DNA of 64,000 nt from NCBI GenBank assembly GCA_965242965.1, contig OZ251518.1:256001-320000 (forward strand). Reading direction: 5' to 3'. The position numbers and the translations under genes were made by a program. The stretch is from Candidatus Poribacteria bacterium (GTDB lineage: Bacteria > Poribacteria > WGA-4E > WGA-3G). The notes below the pieces were generated by a model that worked only from the letters and a program-made list of their open reading frames with translations, searched no databases and had not been told where the DNA came from. Numbering within the stretch: the first letter of the stretch is position 1; each line of letters begins with the position of its first letter. Positions 1 through 9,564 of the stretch are shown piece by piece.

Positions 1-54
1 AGCCACCAAGATAGCGAGAATTAGTAGCGTTCCTAGTTTCAATCTGATTTGCAT
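1..54 (-). CDS. N-terminus of a secreted or membrane protein (runs off the window edge)
   Basis: ATG at 54 on the minus strand with an AAGGAG RBS upstream; reads MQIRLKLGTLLILAILVA, which is signal-peptide-like. Confidence 0.6.
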   Translation of the reverse strand, partial: MQIRLKLGTLLILAILVA

Positions 55-136
55 GATGTTCTCCTTTGCAATTGAAATTAATAGAGTGTAAACGTTTAAA
101 GTTTACCATATCCCTCGGCAAAATGCAAACGTTTTT

Positions 137-679
137 TTACGAATTCCAGATTTCCTCCGGTGCATCCGAGCGATGATTCACGACGCGGGCCAGCACGAAC
201 AACAAATCCGAAAGCCGATTGAGGCAACGGATGGCTTCAGGATTAACCGATTCTTCATTCGCCAGGCGGACAACGCAGCGTTCGCTTCGGCGGCACACGG
301 TGCGCGCGATATGCAAAATCGCGCCGCCAGGGCTCCCACCCGGCAAGATAAAATTTCTTAGCGGCGGAAGTTCTTCTGAAATCTTGTCAATAGCTTCCTC
401 CATCTCTGTCGTGAAATCCGCGGAGATGCGCAACTCGGCGGACTTGGTATGAGTATCCGGTGTTGCCAAATCCGCGCCTAACGAAAAGAGTTGGTTCTGA
501 ATTTTCGCGAGAAGCTCGGAAACGTCGGCATCCGCAATCAACGTTTGTGCATAGCCGATGTAGGCGTTGAGTTCATCAACCGCACCGATTGCTTCGATGC
601 GTAGCGCGTCCTTCCGGGTCTGCGCGCCGCCATAGAGCGCGGTATCGCCAGCATCCCCGAATTTTGTGTAGATTTTCAT
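137..679 (-). CDS. pduO: PduO-type ATP:cob(I)alamin adenosyltransferase
   Basis: N-terminal KIYTKFGDAGDTAL, GAVDELN, FILPGG, ARTVCRRSER and LNRLSDLLF motifs. Confidence 0.92.
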   Translation of the reverse strand: MKIYTKFGDAGDTALYGGAQTRKDALRIEAIGAVDELNAYIGYAQTLIADADVSELLAKIQNQLFSLGADLATPDTHTKSAELRISADFTTEMEEAIDKISEELPPLRNFILPGGSPGGAILHIARTVCRRSERCVVRLANEESVNPEAIRCLNRLSDLLFVLARVVNHRSDAPEEIWNS

Positions 680-723
680 ATCGGTCTAGTTTATACTATT
701 TTCAAAAAGGAGTCAAACGAATT

Positions 724-2052
724 ATGCAAACCGTGATTGAAAACGTCAACGTCGTCGATTTGCGCGTGCCGACATCGGATACGTTGTTGGGTTCCGATCC
801 GTTTCACAAAAAACCGAACTATTCCGCTGTGCTTACTACGCTAGAAACGAACACGGGACACACCGGCACCTCTGTCGCCTTCACCGCCGGCGCAGGCAAC
901 GACTGGATTGCCTACGGTGTCAGCGACCTCGGGCAACTGCTGAGCGGTATGTCTCTTGATAACTTCATGGATGACCCGGGTGCATTCCATCGGCTTCTCA
1001 TCGATCATCATCAGTTACGCTGGCTTGCCGATGGTGTCAACCGGATGGCGGCAGGGAGCATCGTTAATGCAATGTGGGATGTGTGGGCGAAACGCGCAGG
1101 AAAGCCGATGTGGAAACTGCTCGTGGATTTGCCACCGGAAAAGATTGTCCAATGCATCGATTGGCGGTATCTCCGAGATGCCCTCACCCCCGATGAGGCA
1201 CTCCAAATTCTCACTGACACCCAGGCTAACACGCGCCAGCGCGAACAGGCACTCTTTCAACACGGCCCAAAGGCATATTCCACTGCCGGTTGGCTCGGCT
1301 TAACCGATGCACAGATTATTGAGACGGTGAACCAGGTCAAAGCAGTTGGTTTTGACTGCTTCAAAATGAAGGTTGGACAAAATCTCGCTTTTGATAAGCG
1401 GCGGCTTGCCTTTATTCGGGAGGCAATCGGCGAGGACGCGCAGTTAATGCTGGATGCCAACCAGATCTGGGGTGTTGACGAAGCAATCGTCTACATGGAA
1501 GAATTAACGGCGTTCAACCCGACGTGGATTGAGGAGCCTACCGCGCGCGACGATGTCCTCGGCTTTGTGAAGATTTCGCGTGCGTTAGAAAAACACGGCA
1601 TCGGTGTCGCGGCGGGGGAGCAGGTGCCGTCGCCTGTCGTCTTCAAGCAGCTGCTCACCAGTGGCGGCATCCAGTATTGCCAGATCGATGCGACGCGTCT
1701 CGCCGGTGTAAACGATGTGTTGGCAATTATTTTAATCGCCGCGAAGTTCGGCGTGCCAGTCTGTCCGCACGGCGGCGGTATCGGGCTCTGCAACATGATC
1801 CGACATTATGCAATGTGGGATCAGATTTGCGTTTCGGCGCGCTCCGATACGCAGGTTGTAGAATACTTAAACTTCCTACAAGAGGAGGTTTTCCTTGAAC
1901 CCATCCAAGTTCAGCGAGGCGCGTATGTCGCGCCGACTACACCCGGCTGGGGACTTGAGATGCACGAGGATTTCGTCGCGGCGCATACGTATCCGACAGG
2001 TGCCGTTTGGCAGGGGCGCGAGGCTTCCGGCGGTGTGACATTTTTGGCGTAG
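724..2052 (+). CDS. L-fuconate dehydratase-like protein (mandelate racemase/enolase superfamily)
   Basis: DLRVPTS..LGSDPFH, KMKVG, MLDANQIW, WIEEPT, AGEQ and VCPHGGGIGLC; start moved to ATG 724 after an AAGGAG RBS. Confidence 0.85.
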   Translation: MQTVIENVNVVDLRVPTSDTLLGSDPFHKKPNYSAVLTTLETNTGHTGTSVAFTAGAGNDWIAYGVSDLGQLLSGMSLDNFMDDPGAFHRLLIDHHQLRWLADGVNRMAAGSIVNAMWDVWAKRAGKPMWKLLVDLPPEKIVQCIDWRYLRDALTPDEALQILTDTQANTRQREQALFQHGPKAYSTAGWLGLTDAQIIETVNQVKAVGFDCFKMKVGQNLAFDKRRLAFIREAIGEDAQLMLDANQIWGVDEAIVYMEELTAFNPTWIEEPTARDDVLGFVKISRALEKHGIGVAAGEQVPSPVVFKQLLTSGGIQYCQIDATRLAGVNDVLAIILIAAKFGVPVCPHGGGIGLCNMIRHYAMWDQICVSARSDTQVVEYLNFLQEEVFLEPIQVQRGAYVAPTTPGWGLEMHEDFVAAHTYPTGAVWQGREASGGVTFLA

Positions 2053-2060
2053 TTAAACTG

Positions 2061-2819
2061 TCATCGTTTGGCATTTTCCGCGGCGTGTTTATACGCTGCC
2101 GCGCCGGAGGCTATCCAGTTACTAACGCCTGTCATCAAAAACCGCACGCCGGCCTGCACATATTTTTCGACGGTGGCATTCGTCGTCAATGTCCCTGCGA
2201 CGCGTCCTGCCGCTTGGATACGCGCGAGCGTCTCGTCAAGTGTCCGTTGAACGTCGGGATGTTCGTAGTTGCCGATGTGCCCCATGGAAGTTGCCAAATC
2301 GGAGGGTGCGACGAAGAAAACGTCAATGTGTTCCACGGTGAGGATTTCGTCCAAGTTGTTAACGGCGGCAATATCCTCAACGAGGACGACGAGCAGCGTT
2401 TGCGAATTCGCCTCCGCGAAATAGTTGTCCACGCCGTAGCCTTGCCGACTCGTATACATTCCGCGGTGCCCGATGGGTGCGAACTTCGCGCCATCTACGA
2501 CGTTTTGTGCCTCTGCCTTCGTGTTAACATGCGGCATCGCGATGCCCATCGCGCCGCAATCTAGTGTGCGGTAGATAAGCCCCTGGTCATTCCGATTAAC
2601 GCGCACGAGGGGAGTCATTCCCCACAGATCGCAGGCGCGCGTCAGATCACCGAGTTGCGCGGGACCGACGCGGCCGTGTTCGCCTTCCAGCCACACGCCA
2701 TCAAATCCGAGCGGCCCGAAAGCATCGATGTCGTCGGCGTTCGTTAGGCCGGAGACGACGTATGCGAGTTCGCCATCGGCCAGTTTTTGTTTAATTCGGT
2801 TCGGTCTGAGTGTTGTCAT
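2061..2819 (-). CDS. HpcH/HpaI family aldolase
   Basis: VWLEGEHG, LVRV, LDCGAMG, P.GHRG, LVEDI and FFVAPSDL motifs. Confidence 0.88.
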   Translation of the reverse strand: MTTLRPNRIKQKLADGELAYVVSGLTNADDIDAFGPLGFDGVWLEGEHGRVGPAQLGDLTRACDLWGMTPLVRVNRNDQGLIYRTLDCGAMGIAMPHVNTKAEAQNVVDGAKFAPIGHRGMYTSRQGYGVDNYFAEANSQTLLVVLVEDIAAVNNLDEILTVEHIDVFFVAPSDLATSMGHIGNYEHPDVQRTLDETLARIQAAGRVAGTLTTNATVEKYVQAGVRFLMTGVSNWIASGAAAYKHAAENAKR

Positions 2820-2938
2820 GAATTCCTCCTGTCAATTGGTTAACTCTTTCCGGTAGGAGAGACCTCCCGGTCTCGATGCAGTTTCTCCTATCAATTGGTT
2901 AACGCGCTGCCTCTATAGGAGCGTGATGAGGGTGCGGG

Positions 2939-3901
2939 TTATTCGTCATCCTCGTCTTCGGATGGCCAATCTTCGGCATTGAGGGCTTTAATGCGTTGCC
3001 GGAATACCCTGTCGAAGAGTTCAAGTTTCTCGGCGAGCCAAGCGTGCTGATTTGGCCAGTCAGCTTCGTCGGTTGGATTGGTATCCTTTTTGTGCAACGA
3101 TACCCGACAGGATTTTTTACCGGGTAATTCGTTCCATTCAAGCGAGGTGTCAAATTCTTGCTCAATTTCCACCGCCTGTTCTTCCAGTAGATGGAAGTGT
3201 GCCGTGGCATTTGGGCCTCGCATTCTGAGGCGGATACTGATTTGTGCCTTTTGCGGACTCAGGGTTGCATATAGCCTGAATTCGGGACGGCCAATGCCAA
3301 AACCTACGAAAGTCTTTTCAGAGGATTTCCGGATTTTGAACTTACTTGTCTGCTCAAGTAAGTGCTCACGGAATCGACTCCAAAATCGCGTACGCCAATC
3401 GCTGTCATCGTCATCTATCACCGGAGATGCCCAGTCCTTTGGACTAGAGACGACATTAAACTCCACTCCATAAGCTGAGTCTTCGATCGTCCAAACCTTA
3501 ACCTCCACGCCGAAGAATTGATAGAGATCGTCCGTAATTTCGTTCAGCCAGTTAAGGGTTTCGCGGTGCTCTTCGGTGAATCCTGCTGCGACCCAGACGA
3601 TGGTAGCCGCATCTAGACCTGTTGCATAAGTCAAGACCTGTCCGAGGTGCTTGTGGTCTGCCCTATTTAACTGATTCTCAACTAGCACCCAAGAGTTGTC
3701 ATCCGTGTTACGACATAGGATGTCAGCACGAAATAAGCCAATGTTTTTTTCCTTTTCCACAAACTGAAGGTCTACGTTCAAGGCATCGGCAAGGATAGAC
3801 AGGTTCTCCTCCTTGGCCATCCACGGTGTGAAACATTTGGATTCCTTAGCCCAAACTTCGCGTGGGTTAACGGGTTGCAGGCGAGTGATTTTCTTAGTCA
3901 T
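2939..3901 (-). CDS. DUF4268-domain protein with N-terminal PD-(D/E)XK-like (NucS/RecB-like) nuclease domain, paralogue 1
   Basis: REVW..E...FTPW, ADILC...VLVENQL...DHKHLGQVLTYA; C-terminal FW..F...LEW...DW..QH.WL. Confidence 0.8.
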   Translation of the reverse strand: MTKKITRLQPVNPREVWAKESKCFTPWMAKEENLSILADALNVDLQFVEKEKNIGLFRADILCRNTDDNSWVLVENQLNRADHKHLGQVLTYATGLDAATIVWVAAGFTEEHRETLNWLNEITDDLYQFFGVEVKVWTIEDSAYGVEFNVVSSPKDWASPVIDDDDSDWRTRFWSRFREHLLEQTSKFKIRKSSEKTFVGFGIGRPEFRLYATLSPQKAQISIRLRMRGPNATAHFHLLEEQAVEIEQEFDTSLEWNELPGKKSCRVSLHKKDTNPTDEADWPNQHAWLAEKLELFDRVFRQRIKALNAEDWPSEDEDDE

Positions 3902-3911
3902 CGGGGTTAGT

Positions 3912-4140
3912 TCCTCCTTTAGAAAATATCGTAAAAGCGATCTGATAACCGCTAACTTTATTATAGCATAAATCGCTTTTTTTTGGATAATTATTTTTTA
4001 GAAAATTGTCCCTTTCACCGTAGGGCGAGGGCCTGTCCCTCGCCATGCCGCGGTGTCGCCAGAAAACGTCCTCTGCCGCTGGACTTGAGCGGTTCTAGTT
4101 CGATCGGGAGATCGCGAGGGACAGGCCCTCGCGCTACGGA
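3912..4140 (-). repeat. Duplicated upstream region (promoter plus REP doublet); second copy at ~5244-5471
   Basis: ~230 bp near-identical blocks upstream of paralogues 1 and 2, each with TGCTATAAT (extended -10) on the minus strand and an AAGGAGG RBS. Confidence 0.85.
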
Positions 4141-4263
4141 TAGGGGCGGTTTCTTCTTAAATCCTAACGGACCTTGGAGCGAGTGATACGTATTTTTCTC
4201 TTTCCGGTAGGAGAGACCTCCCGGTCTCGATGCGGGTTATTCGTCGTCCTCGTCTTCGGGTTG

Positions 4264-5232
4264 TCAATCGTCGGCATTGAGGGCTTGAACGCGATGTCGG
4301 AATACCTCGTCGAAGAGTTCAAGTTTCTCGGCGAGCCAAGCGTGCTGATTTGGCCAGTCAGCTTCGTCTGTTGGATTGGTGTTACGCTTGGTTAAGACCA
4401 GGGCGTTAGACTCTTCTCTCCACTCAAGTTGTTCGCCATCACACAGTTCGCCGATTTCGTTCTCAATTTCCTCCTGATCTATTATCAAGAGGTTGAAATG
4501 TGCTTCGGCGTTTGGTCCGAACATGTCAAGGCGGACGACTAACCGATTATTTGACGTGCTCATCAATGCCTTCAACCTAAATCCAGCTGTGCCTATGGCA
4601 AAAAACACGAAGGCTTTTGGAACAGGTCTGGGAGCATTGATCTGGCGGTTTGTCTGGCTCACGTGTTCACCGAATGCAGTCCAGAATCTTTGCCGGAGTA
4701 GTGGTAGTCCAGATAACTCTTCGCTTCCTGCTTGTTGTGCACTCTGACCGACAGAGCGGATCCAATTATTGGGCTTGGAAACGATATTAAATTTCGGGGC
4801 AGCCCGTGAATCTCCGATTTGCCACAATTCAATTTCCACACCGAAGAACTGAAAACGTTCATCCGTAATCGCGTTCAGCCTGTCAAGAGCCGCACGGTGC
4901 TTCTCTTGGAAGGACTTTGCAATCCATACAAATGCAGTTGCCTCCGGGCGTGCTGCTGCGTAGGTGAGAATTTGCCCGAGGTGCGTATGGTTAGTTTTAG
5001 TCAACTGGTTCTCTATCAGTACCAAGGAGTCATCGGTATTTCGGCACAGTAGGTCGACTATGCCTGACTCAACGTTTACCTCGCGTCCCTCAAGTTCCAG
5101 TTCCATGTTCAGTGTTTTCGCAAGGATAGAGAGGTTTTCCTCCTCGGCCAACCACGGTGTGAAGTCAGTAGCCTCGTTGGGCCAGACCTCTCGCAATTCA
5201 ACGCGCTCAAGGCGGCCAAGTTCGTTAGACAT
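4264..5232 (-). CDS. DUF4268-domain nuclease-like protein, paralogue 2 (ends at a TGA that replaces a Trp codon)
   Basis: Same motifs (LREVWPNEATDFTPW, LIENQL, HLGQILTYA); 3' end nearly identical to paralogue 1. Confidence 0.8.
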   Translation of the reverse strand: MSNELGRLERVELREVWPNEATDFTPWLAEEENLSILAKTLNMELELEGREVNVESGIVDLLCRNTDDSLVLIENQLTKTNHTHLGQILTYAAARPEATAFVWIAKSFQEKHRAALDRLNAITDERFQFFGVEIELWQIGDSRAAPKFNIVSKPNNWIRSVGQSAQQAGSEELSGLPLLRQRFWTAFGEHVSQTNRQINAPRPVPKAFVFFAIGTAGFRLKALMSTSNNRLVVRLDMFGPNAEAHFNLLIIDQEEIENEIGELCDGEQLEWREESNALVLTKRNTNPTDEADWPNQHAWLAEKLELFDEVFRHRVQALNADD

Positions 5233-5505
5233 TAGGTGTCATGTCCTCCTTTAGAAAGTATCGTAAAAGCGATTTGATAACCGCTAACCCTATTATAGCA
5301 TAAATCGCTTTTTTTTCGATAATTATTTTTTAGAAAATTGTCCCTTTCACCGTAGGGCGAGGGACAGGCCCTCGCCATGCTGCGGTGTCGCCAGAAAACG
5401 TCCCTTGCCGCTGGACTCAAGCGGTTCTAGTTCGATCGCGAAATCGCGAGGGACAGGCCCTCGCGCTACGGACAGGAGCAGGATCACGAGGGACAGGCCC
5501 TCGCG

Positions 5506-6465
5506 CTACGAAGATGAGACGGTTTCTTCGCGCAGACGCGGGACGAGGACCGCGGTGAATCGTTCAAGCGTCTCAGCAAGCCAGATATGCTGATGCGGCC
5601 ACTCGTCTTCGTCCGTTGGATCGGTGTCGTCCTTGCGCAAGGTGACGCGACACGGGTTTTGTCCGAACGATTTTGTCCATTCCAATGGCGCGCCGAGTTC
5701 ACGTTCGATCTCCTCTCGCTGTGCTCGGAGTTGAGAGAAGTGTGCAGTGGCATTCGGGCCGGAGATATAGAGCCGCACGCCGATATGTTGCTTTATCACA
5801 TCTCGCATCGCCGATAGTTTGAAACCGGAAATGCCGAGACTGAAGGTGAGATAAGAGCGTGGCGGCATTTTCGTTGGTTTGAGAGGACTGTTTGTCTCGG
5901 TGAGATACGCGCGAAAATCGTGCCAGAATTTTTCACGTTGTTGCTGAGGCGTGGACGGGACGATGAAATGTGCATCGGTTGATGGCGCAGGAGCACTCCA
6001 GTCGTTTGGTGATGAGACGACGGTGAATTTCGGCATCGGCGGCGAATCTTCGCGCTGCCACACGGCGATGACGACACCGAAGAATTGAAAGCGTTCCGGT
6101 GTGTTCGCGTTGAGCCAACTCAGAGCTGCGCGATGTTCGTCCGTGAATTCTGTCGCAATCCAGACGATGGTGGCGGCATCTAATCCAGCGGTGTATGTGA
6201 GGAGTTGGCCGAGGTGTCCGTGGTCTGTCGCTTCCAGTTGATTTTCGATTAGCACTCGTGTGTTGTCGGTGCGGTTTCGGCAGAGGATGTCTGCCCGGAA
6301 TTGCCCGACGTTTTTCTCCTGCGCTTCAAACTTGAGTTCCAAGTTGAGTGCTTCGGCGAGTATGGCGAGGTTTTCCGGTCTGGCGAGCCATGGGGTGAAG
6401 TCTTTTGCTTCGTCGGGCCAGATGTCGCGTGGAACTACGTTTTCAAGATCTCCAAGTTCAGGCAT
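5506..6465 (-). CDS. DUF4268-domain nuclease-like protein, paralogue 3
   Basis: RDIWPDEAKDFTPW, RADILC, IENQL, HLGQLLTY; its TAG stop comes from a GTAG hairpin. Confidence 0.8.
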   Translation of the reverse strand: MPELGDLENVVPRDIWPDEAKDFTPWLARPENLAILAEALNLELKFEAQEKNVGQFRADILCRNRTDNTRVLIENQLEATDHGHLGQLLTYTAGLDAATIVWIATEFTDEHRAALSWLNANTPERFQFFGVVIAVWQREDSPPMPKFTVVSSPNDWSAPAPSTDAHFIVPSTPQQQREKFWHDFRAYLTETNSPLKPTKMPPRSYLTFSLGISGFKLSAMRDVIKQHIGVRLYISGPNATAHFSQLRAQREEIERELGAPLEWTKSFGQNPCRVTLRKDDTDPTDEDEWPHQHIWLAETLERFTAVLVPRLREETVSSS

Positions 6466-6490
6466 CAGTCATCATCCTCCCTATTTAATT

Positions 6491-7110
6491 GAGGGTGTTT
6501 CATAATTCGTTTTCCCCGGTAGAAGAGACCTCCTGGTCTCGATTTCTGCCGCCCGGTTTCCCTCGCCAGCGTCCGCGCACTCCAGCGATCGCGGGGGACA
6601 GGCCCCCGCGCTACGGGAAAAAAACGGCATGTCACCGTAGGGCGAGGGCCTGTCCCTCGCCATGCTGCGATCGCGGGGGAAACCCGCTCGGATGCACGTA
6701 TGGAAACCTCCGAGGGGCCCCGCGCTACGGAAAAAAACGCCGCCCCTTCACTCAGGGCGAGGGCCTGTCCCTCGCCATGCCCGGACCCTATAAAAGACCG
6801 TAGTTCGGGATTGCCTTCCACCCCGGTAAAACGGGTCAAGATCAGGTGAGCTTGACTACAGAATGGGGCCCAACGCTCGCGGGGGCCTGTCCCCCGCGAG
6901 CTCCATCGTCACGATGTGTGTTTCCCCTTCTGTAGTTTGTGATCGCCGGATCACAAACGGTTCGGGATCAGGCGATCCCGAACTACAGGGCCTGGCGCGC
7001 GAACGATGGCGAGGGACAGACCCTCGCCCTACGATGAGGGGGCTTTCTGCCGGCGCGGCCCCGGTAGGCGCGCCGCCCTATTGCATCGAGACCGGGAGGT
7101 ATCTCCTACG
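6491..7110. repeat. Composite GTAG-REP cluster starting with the GAGGGTGTTTCATAA terminal motif
   Basis: Multiple hairpins (GGCGAGGG-CCTGT-CCCTCGCC, CGCGGGGG-CCTGT-CCCCCGCG, GAGACC..GGTCTC, TTTGTGATC..GATCACAAA); no right terminal motif seen. Confidence 0.85.
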
Positions 7111-7205
7111 GGGATTTATCCCATCTCCACAATTATAGCATTCGCGTCCATCTTGTATTTAATAGTATATCCGATTTTGCCACGTAGTGCAAGCGAATTT
7201 TGCTT

Positions 7206-8123
7206 CTACCGGCGGAAATCAATAAACGTCTCTATCTCCGACGCAAACCGCGCAAAATCCCCATCGGCGAGAGACTTTAGATGCGCTAACTGCACAACGC
7301 CATCTAACTCCCAAAAATCGATTGCGGGATTAAGGCGCAAGTAATTCTCTTTCAATAGCGCTCTCGTCATCTCTGCCGCTGTCTGAGATTGCACCGTCAG
7401 CAGATATGAAATGATCTTCTGTCCGCCCCAACCTGTCAGGAAACCCCACTTCCGATACTTCTTATACATGTTTTGCGAGTGGCCCGTCCCGATAGAGAAC
7501 ATCCGAATTTCGTCAAGGTTTTTCCCAAAGGCGGAGACTGCATCAGTCAAGGCGACGAGGGAAGGATTGCTTGCCCACAAACTTCCATCGGAGAGTAAGG
7601 CGTTGTCGATGAAACTCGGGTCGAAAAAAGTGGGTGCGGCACAGGAAGCGAGAATCGCCTCGCGCAAAGGCACGTTGCGCACAGACGCGCCATCATTGGG
7701 AAGATGCCTATAGCCGCCTGTTTTGAAGACATACCCGCTGCCGTTGGCTAAATCTGAACAGGTTATCATGAGCGGCGTTTTGATGTCGCCAAGGAGAAGT
7801 TCGGGAAGATGCTTCGCGAGGCTCTTCGCAAGCACCGGTTTTGAATAGCGGCTGAAGAACAACGGATGCCGATACCACTTTTTCCGGAAAATCTGGGGTA
7901 TCTCTTTCTCAAAGAGATAGACGATTTCTTCCATCGGGATGCCGGTGGCGGCAGCCCCCGCGATGATTGCGCCCACGCTCGTTCCGGCGAGGAGAGCGAA
8001 GCAATCCCTGAGCTGCACCTGAAAAGCGCGTTCGATGTTGGCAAGGAGTTGCGCGGTATATATCCCGCGGGTGCCGCCGCCATCAAGCGCGAGGATATGG
8101 AAGGGGGTTTCCGCGTTGCGCAT
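7206..8123 (-). CDS. Patatin-like phospholipase (CapV-like)
   Basis: ILALDGGGTRG, GTSVG (GxSxG), ASCAAPTFF, DGSLWASNP and FSIGTG. Confidence 0.88.
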   Translation of the reverse strand: MRNAETPFHILALDGGGTRGIYTAQLLANIERAFQVQLRDCFALLAGTSVGAIIAGAAATGIPMEEIVYLFEKEIPQIFRKKWYRHPLFFSRYSKPVLAKSLAKHLPELLLGDIKTPLMITCSDLANGSGYVFKTGGYRHLPNDGASVRNVPLREAILASCAAPTFFDPSFIDNALLSDGSLWASNPSLVALTDAVSAFGKNLDEIRMFSIGTGHSQNMYKKYRKWGFLTGWGGQKIISYLLTVQSQTAAEMTRALLKENYLRLNPAIDFWELDGVVQLAHLKSLADGDFARFASEIETFIDFRR

Positions 8124-8167
8124 AGATGTCTCCGCAATTCCTTGCTGGTAGGCGCGCTTTATCTGTC

Positions 8168-8620
8168 CTAATCGGTAGCGATGGTGAAGGCTGGCATGTA
8201 AAAGTCTTCGGCAATTTGAAAGACTTTAAGCGCTATGCCAAAAAACCGCAGATTTCTATCTGTCCTTCTGTTAAGCCAATTCAAAGCGTCGAGGTGCTCA
8301 TCCCGAATTTCCGCTGCGATCCAGATGATGGTGCCTGCATCCAGTCCGGCGGCATAAGTGATGGCTTTGCCAAGGTGCGGATGGTTAGAGCTATCTAGTT
8401 GATTTTCGATAACCACGCGTGAGCCGTCTGCTTTGTTACGACAGACGATATCGGCGCGAAACGCTCCAACCCTTTTTTCCGTTGCTTCAAGTTCTAACTC
8501 TATGCCGAGGGGTTCAGCAAGGTAGGACAGATTCTCTGCCAACCACGGGGTAAAATCGCGTGCTTCGTGAGGCCAGGCATCGCGCAGATCTACTTCTTTC
8601 CGGGGAACGAATTGAGGCAT
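8168..8620 (-). CDS. Short DUF4268-family paralogue 4 (nuclease-like N-terminal domain only)
   Basis: LRDAWPHEARDFTPW, RADIVC, IENQL, HLGKAITYA; its ATG overlaps the TGA of the upstream TPR gene. Confidence 0.75.
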   Translation of the reverse strand: MPQFVPRKEVDLRDAWPHEARDFTPWLAENLSYLAEPLGIELELEATEKRVGAFRADIVCRNKADGSRVVIENQLDSSNHPHLGKAITYAAGLDAGTIIWIAAEIRDEHLDALNWLNRRTDRNLRFFGIALKVFQIAEDFYMPAFTIATD

Positions 8621-9549
8621 CACTCTTCCTCCTTATTCTCAAGCATTCGGCAGCGGGATTCAATGAAGGCTTGGTGCTGTGCATCGCCTGCCTCGCGGGC
8701 GAGTTGTATCGCCGTTTCATAGTCCTGCTCCGCTTCTGCATGGCGGCCTTGGCTCGATCTTATCTGACCGCGGTAGGTGTAAGCCCATGCTTCCCTCGGG
8801 TTTAACCGCATGGCCTCCTCATAGTCAGCGACAGCAGCATCATATTGCCGCAGGTCTTCTTTCGCCAGTCCGCGGCTGACATGGGCGACGGCGTTCCCGG
8901 GTGCAAACCGAACCGCCGCGTCATAGTCCGCAAGGATGCTTTCCCGGTCTTTGTTGGGCATCGTAAATTTCGCAAGGGCCCTGTAGTAATAGGCTTCGGA
9001 GAGCGTCTCGTCTAACCGCAGTGCGGCACCGTAGTCTTCAATAGCAGTCTCACTTTGGCCGAGCAAAGTTTTCGCAAGGCCACGCCAGGTATACGCATAG
9101 GCATCCTCTGGATTGAGCCGAATTGCTTCGTCACAGTCGGCAATTGACTCGGTATACTGTCCAAGGAGCCGCTTCACAAGGCCCCGCTGTGTCCATGCCT
9201 CCGCATAAGCAGGAACGAGACAGATGGCTTTGTCGCAAGCGGCGAGTGCCTGGTTCAGTGCGTCGGTGGCAGACTCGGAACGCAAGGGTGCGTCTGCCCA
9301 CACTTCTTCGTTTTCTAACAGCAGTTTGCTGACAGATACCAGCGCGCGGGCGGCTCCCTTGTCGTCACTGCCCTCAACGACATTCGCGAGAGAACGCCAC
9401 TTTTCTATCGCCTCCCCGGTTTTTCCCTCTTCTTGCAACCTGTCAGCGTCGGCTATCACCTTGTCCACAAGCACTACCGCCGGTGGAACGTGGTATGCTT
9501 GCAAAGCTTCCTCAACTTTCGGCGTGTTCTGTTCGTTATTTTTCGTCAC
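8620..9549 (-). CDS. Tetratricopeptide repeat protein
   Basis: Tandem 34-aa TPRs (AEAWTQRG...AIRLNP; AYTWRG...ALRLD); GTG start after GGGAGG. Confidence 0.88.
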   Translation of the reverse strand: MTKNNEQNTPKVEEALQAYHVPPAVVLVDKVIADADRLQEEGKTGEAIEKWRSLANVVEGSDDKGAARALVSVSKLLLENEEVWADAPLRSESATDALNQALAACDKAICLVPAYAEAWTQRGLVKRLLGQYTESIADCDEAIRLNPEDAYAYTWRGLAKTLLGQSETAIEDYGAALRLDETLSEAYYYRALAKFTMPNKDRESILADYDAAVRFAPGNAVAHVSRGLAKEDLRQYDAAVADYEEAMRLNPREAWAYTYRGQIRSSQGRHAEAEQDYETAIQLAREAGDAQHQAFIESRCRMLENKEEE

Positions 9550-9564
9550 GGTTTCCCTCCCAGG

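Noticed and set aside
589-723. Long N-terminal extensions in the ORF track (also 21807-21926, 22828-22911, 38639-38812, 50391-50633)
   Set aside because: Better starts with an RBS lie downstream; the extensions overlap other genes, promoters or repeats
4264-4266. Genome-wide TGA recoding or selenocysteine
   Set aside because: TGA terminates many other genes here at expected positions, and the codon aligns to Trp rather than Cys
2939-6465. Diversity-generating retroelement as the cause of DUF4268 variation
   Set aside because: No reverse transcriptase and no template/variable repeat pair with adenine-specific mismatches
6465-7138. ORFs with MARDRPSPY / VARGPVPR / NGSGSGDP peptides (also near 5232, 10242, 32309, 38242, 45766, 49759, 53159 and 55780)
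   Set aside because: Chance translations of intergenic REP clusters, with no RBS or domain signal
7206-8123. CBASS system suggested by the CapV-like patatin
   Set aside because: No CD-NTase or Cap2/Cap3 in the neighbourhood
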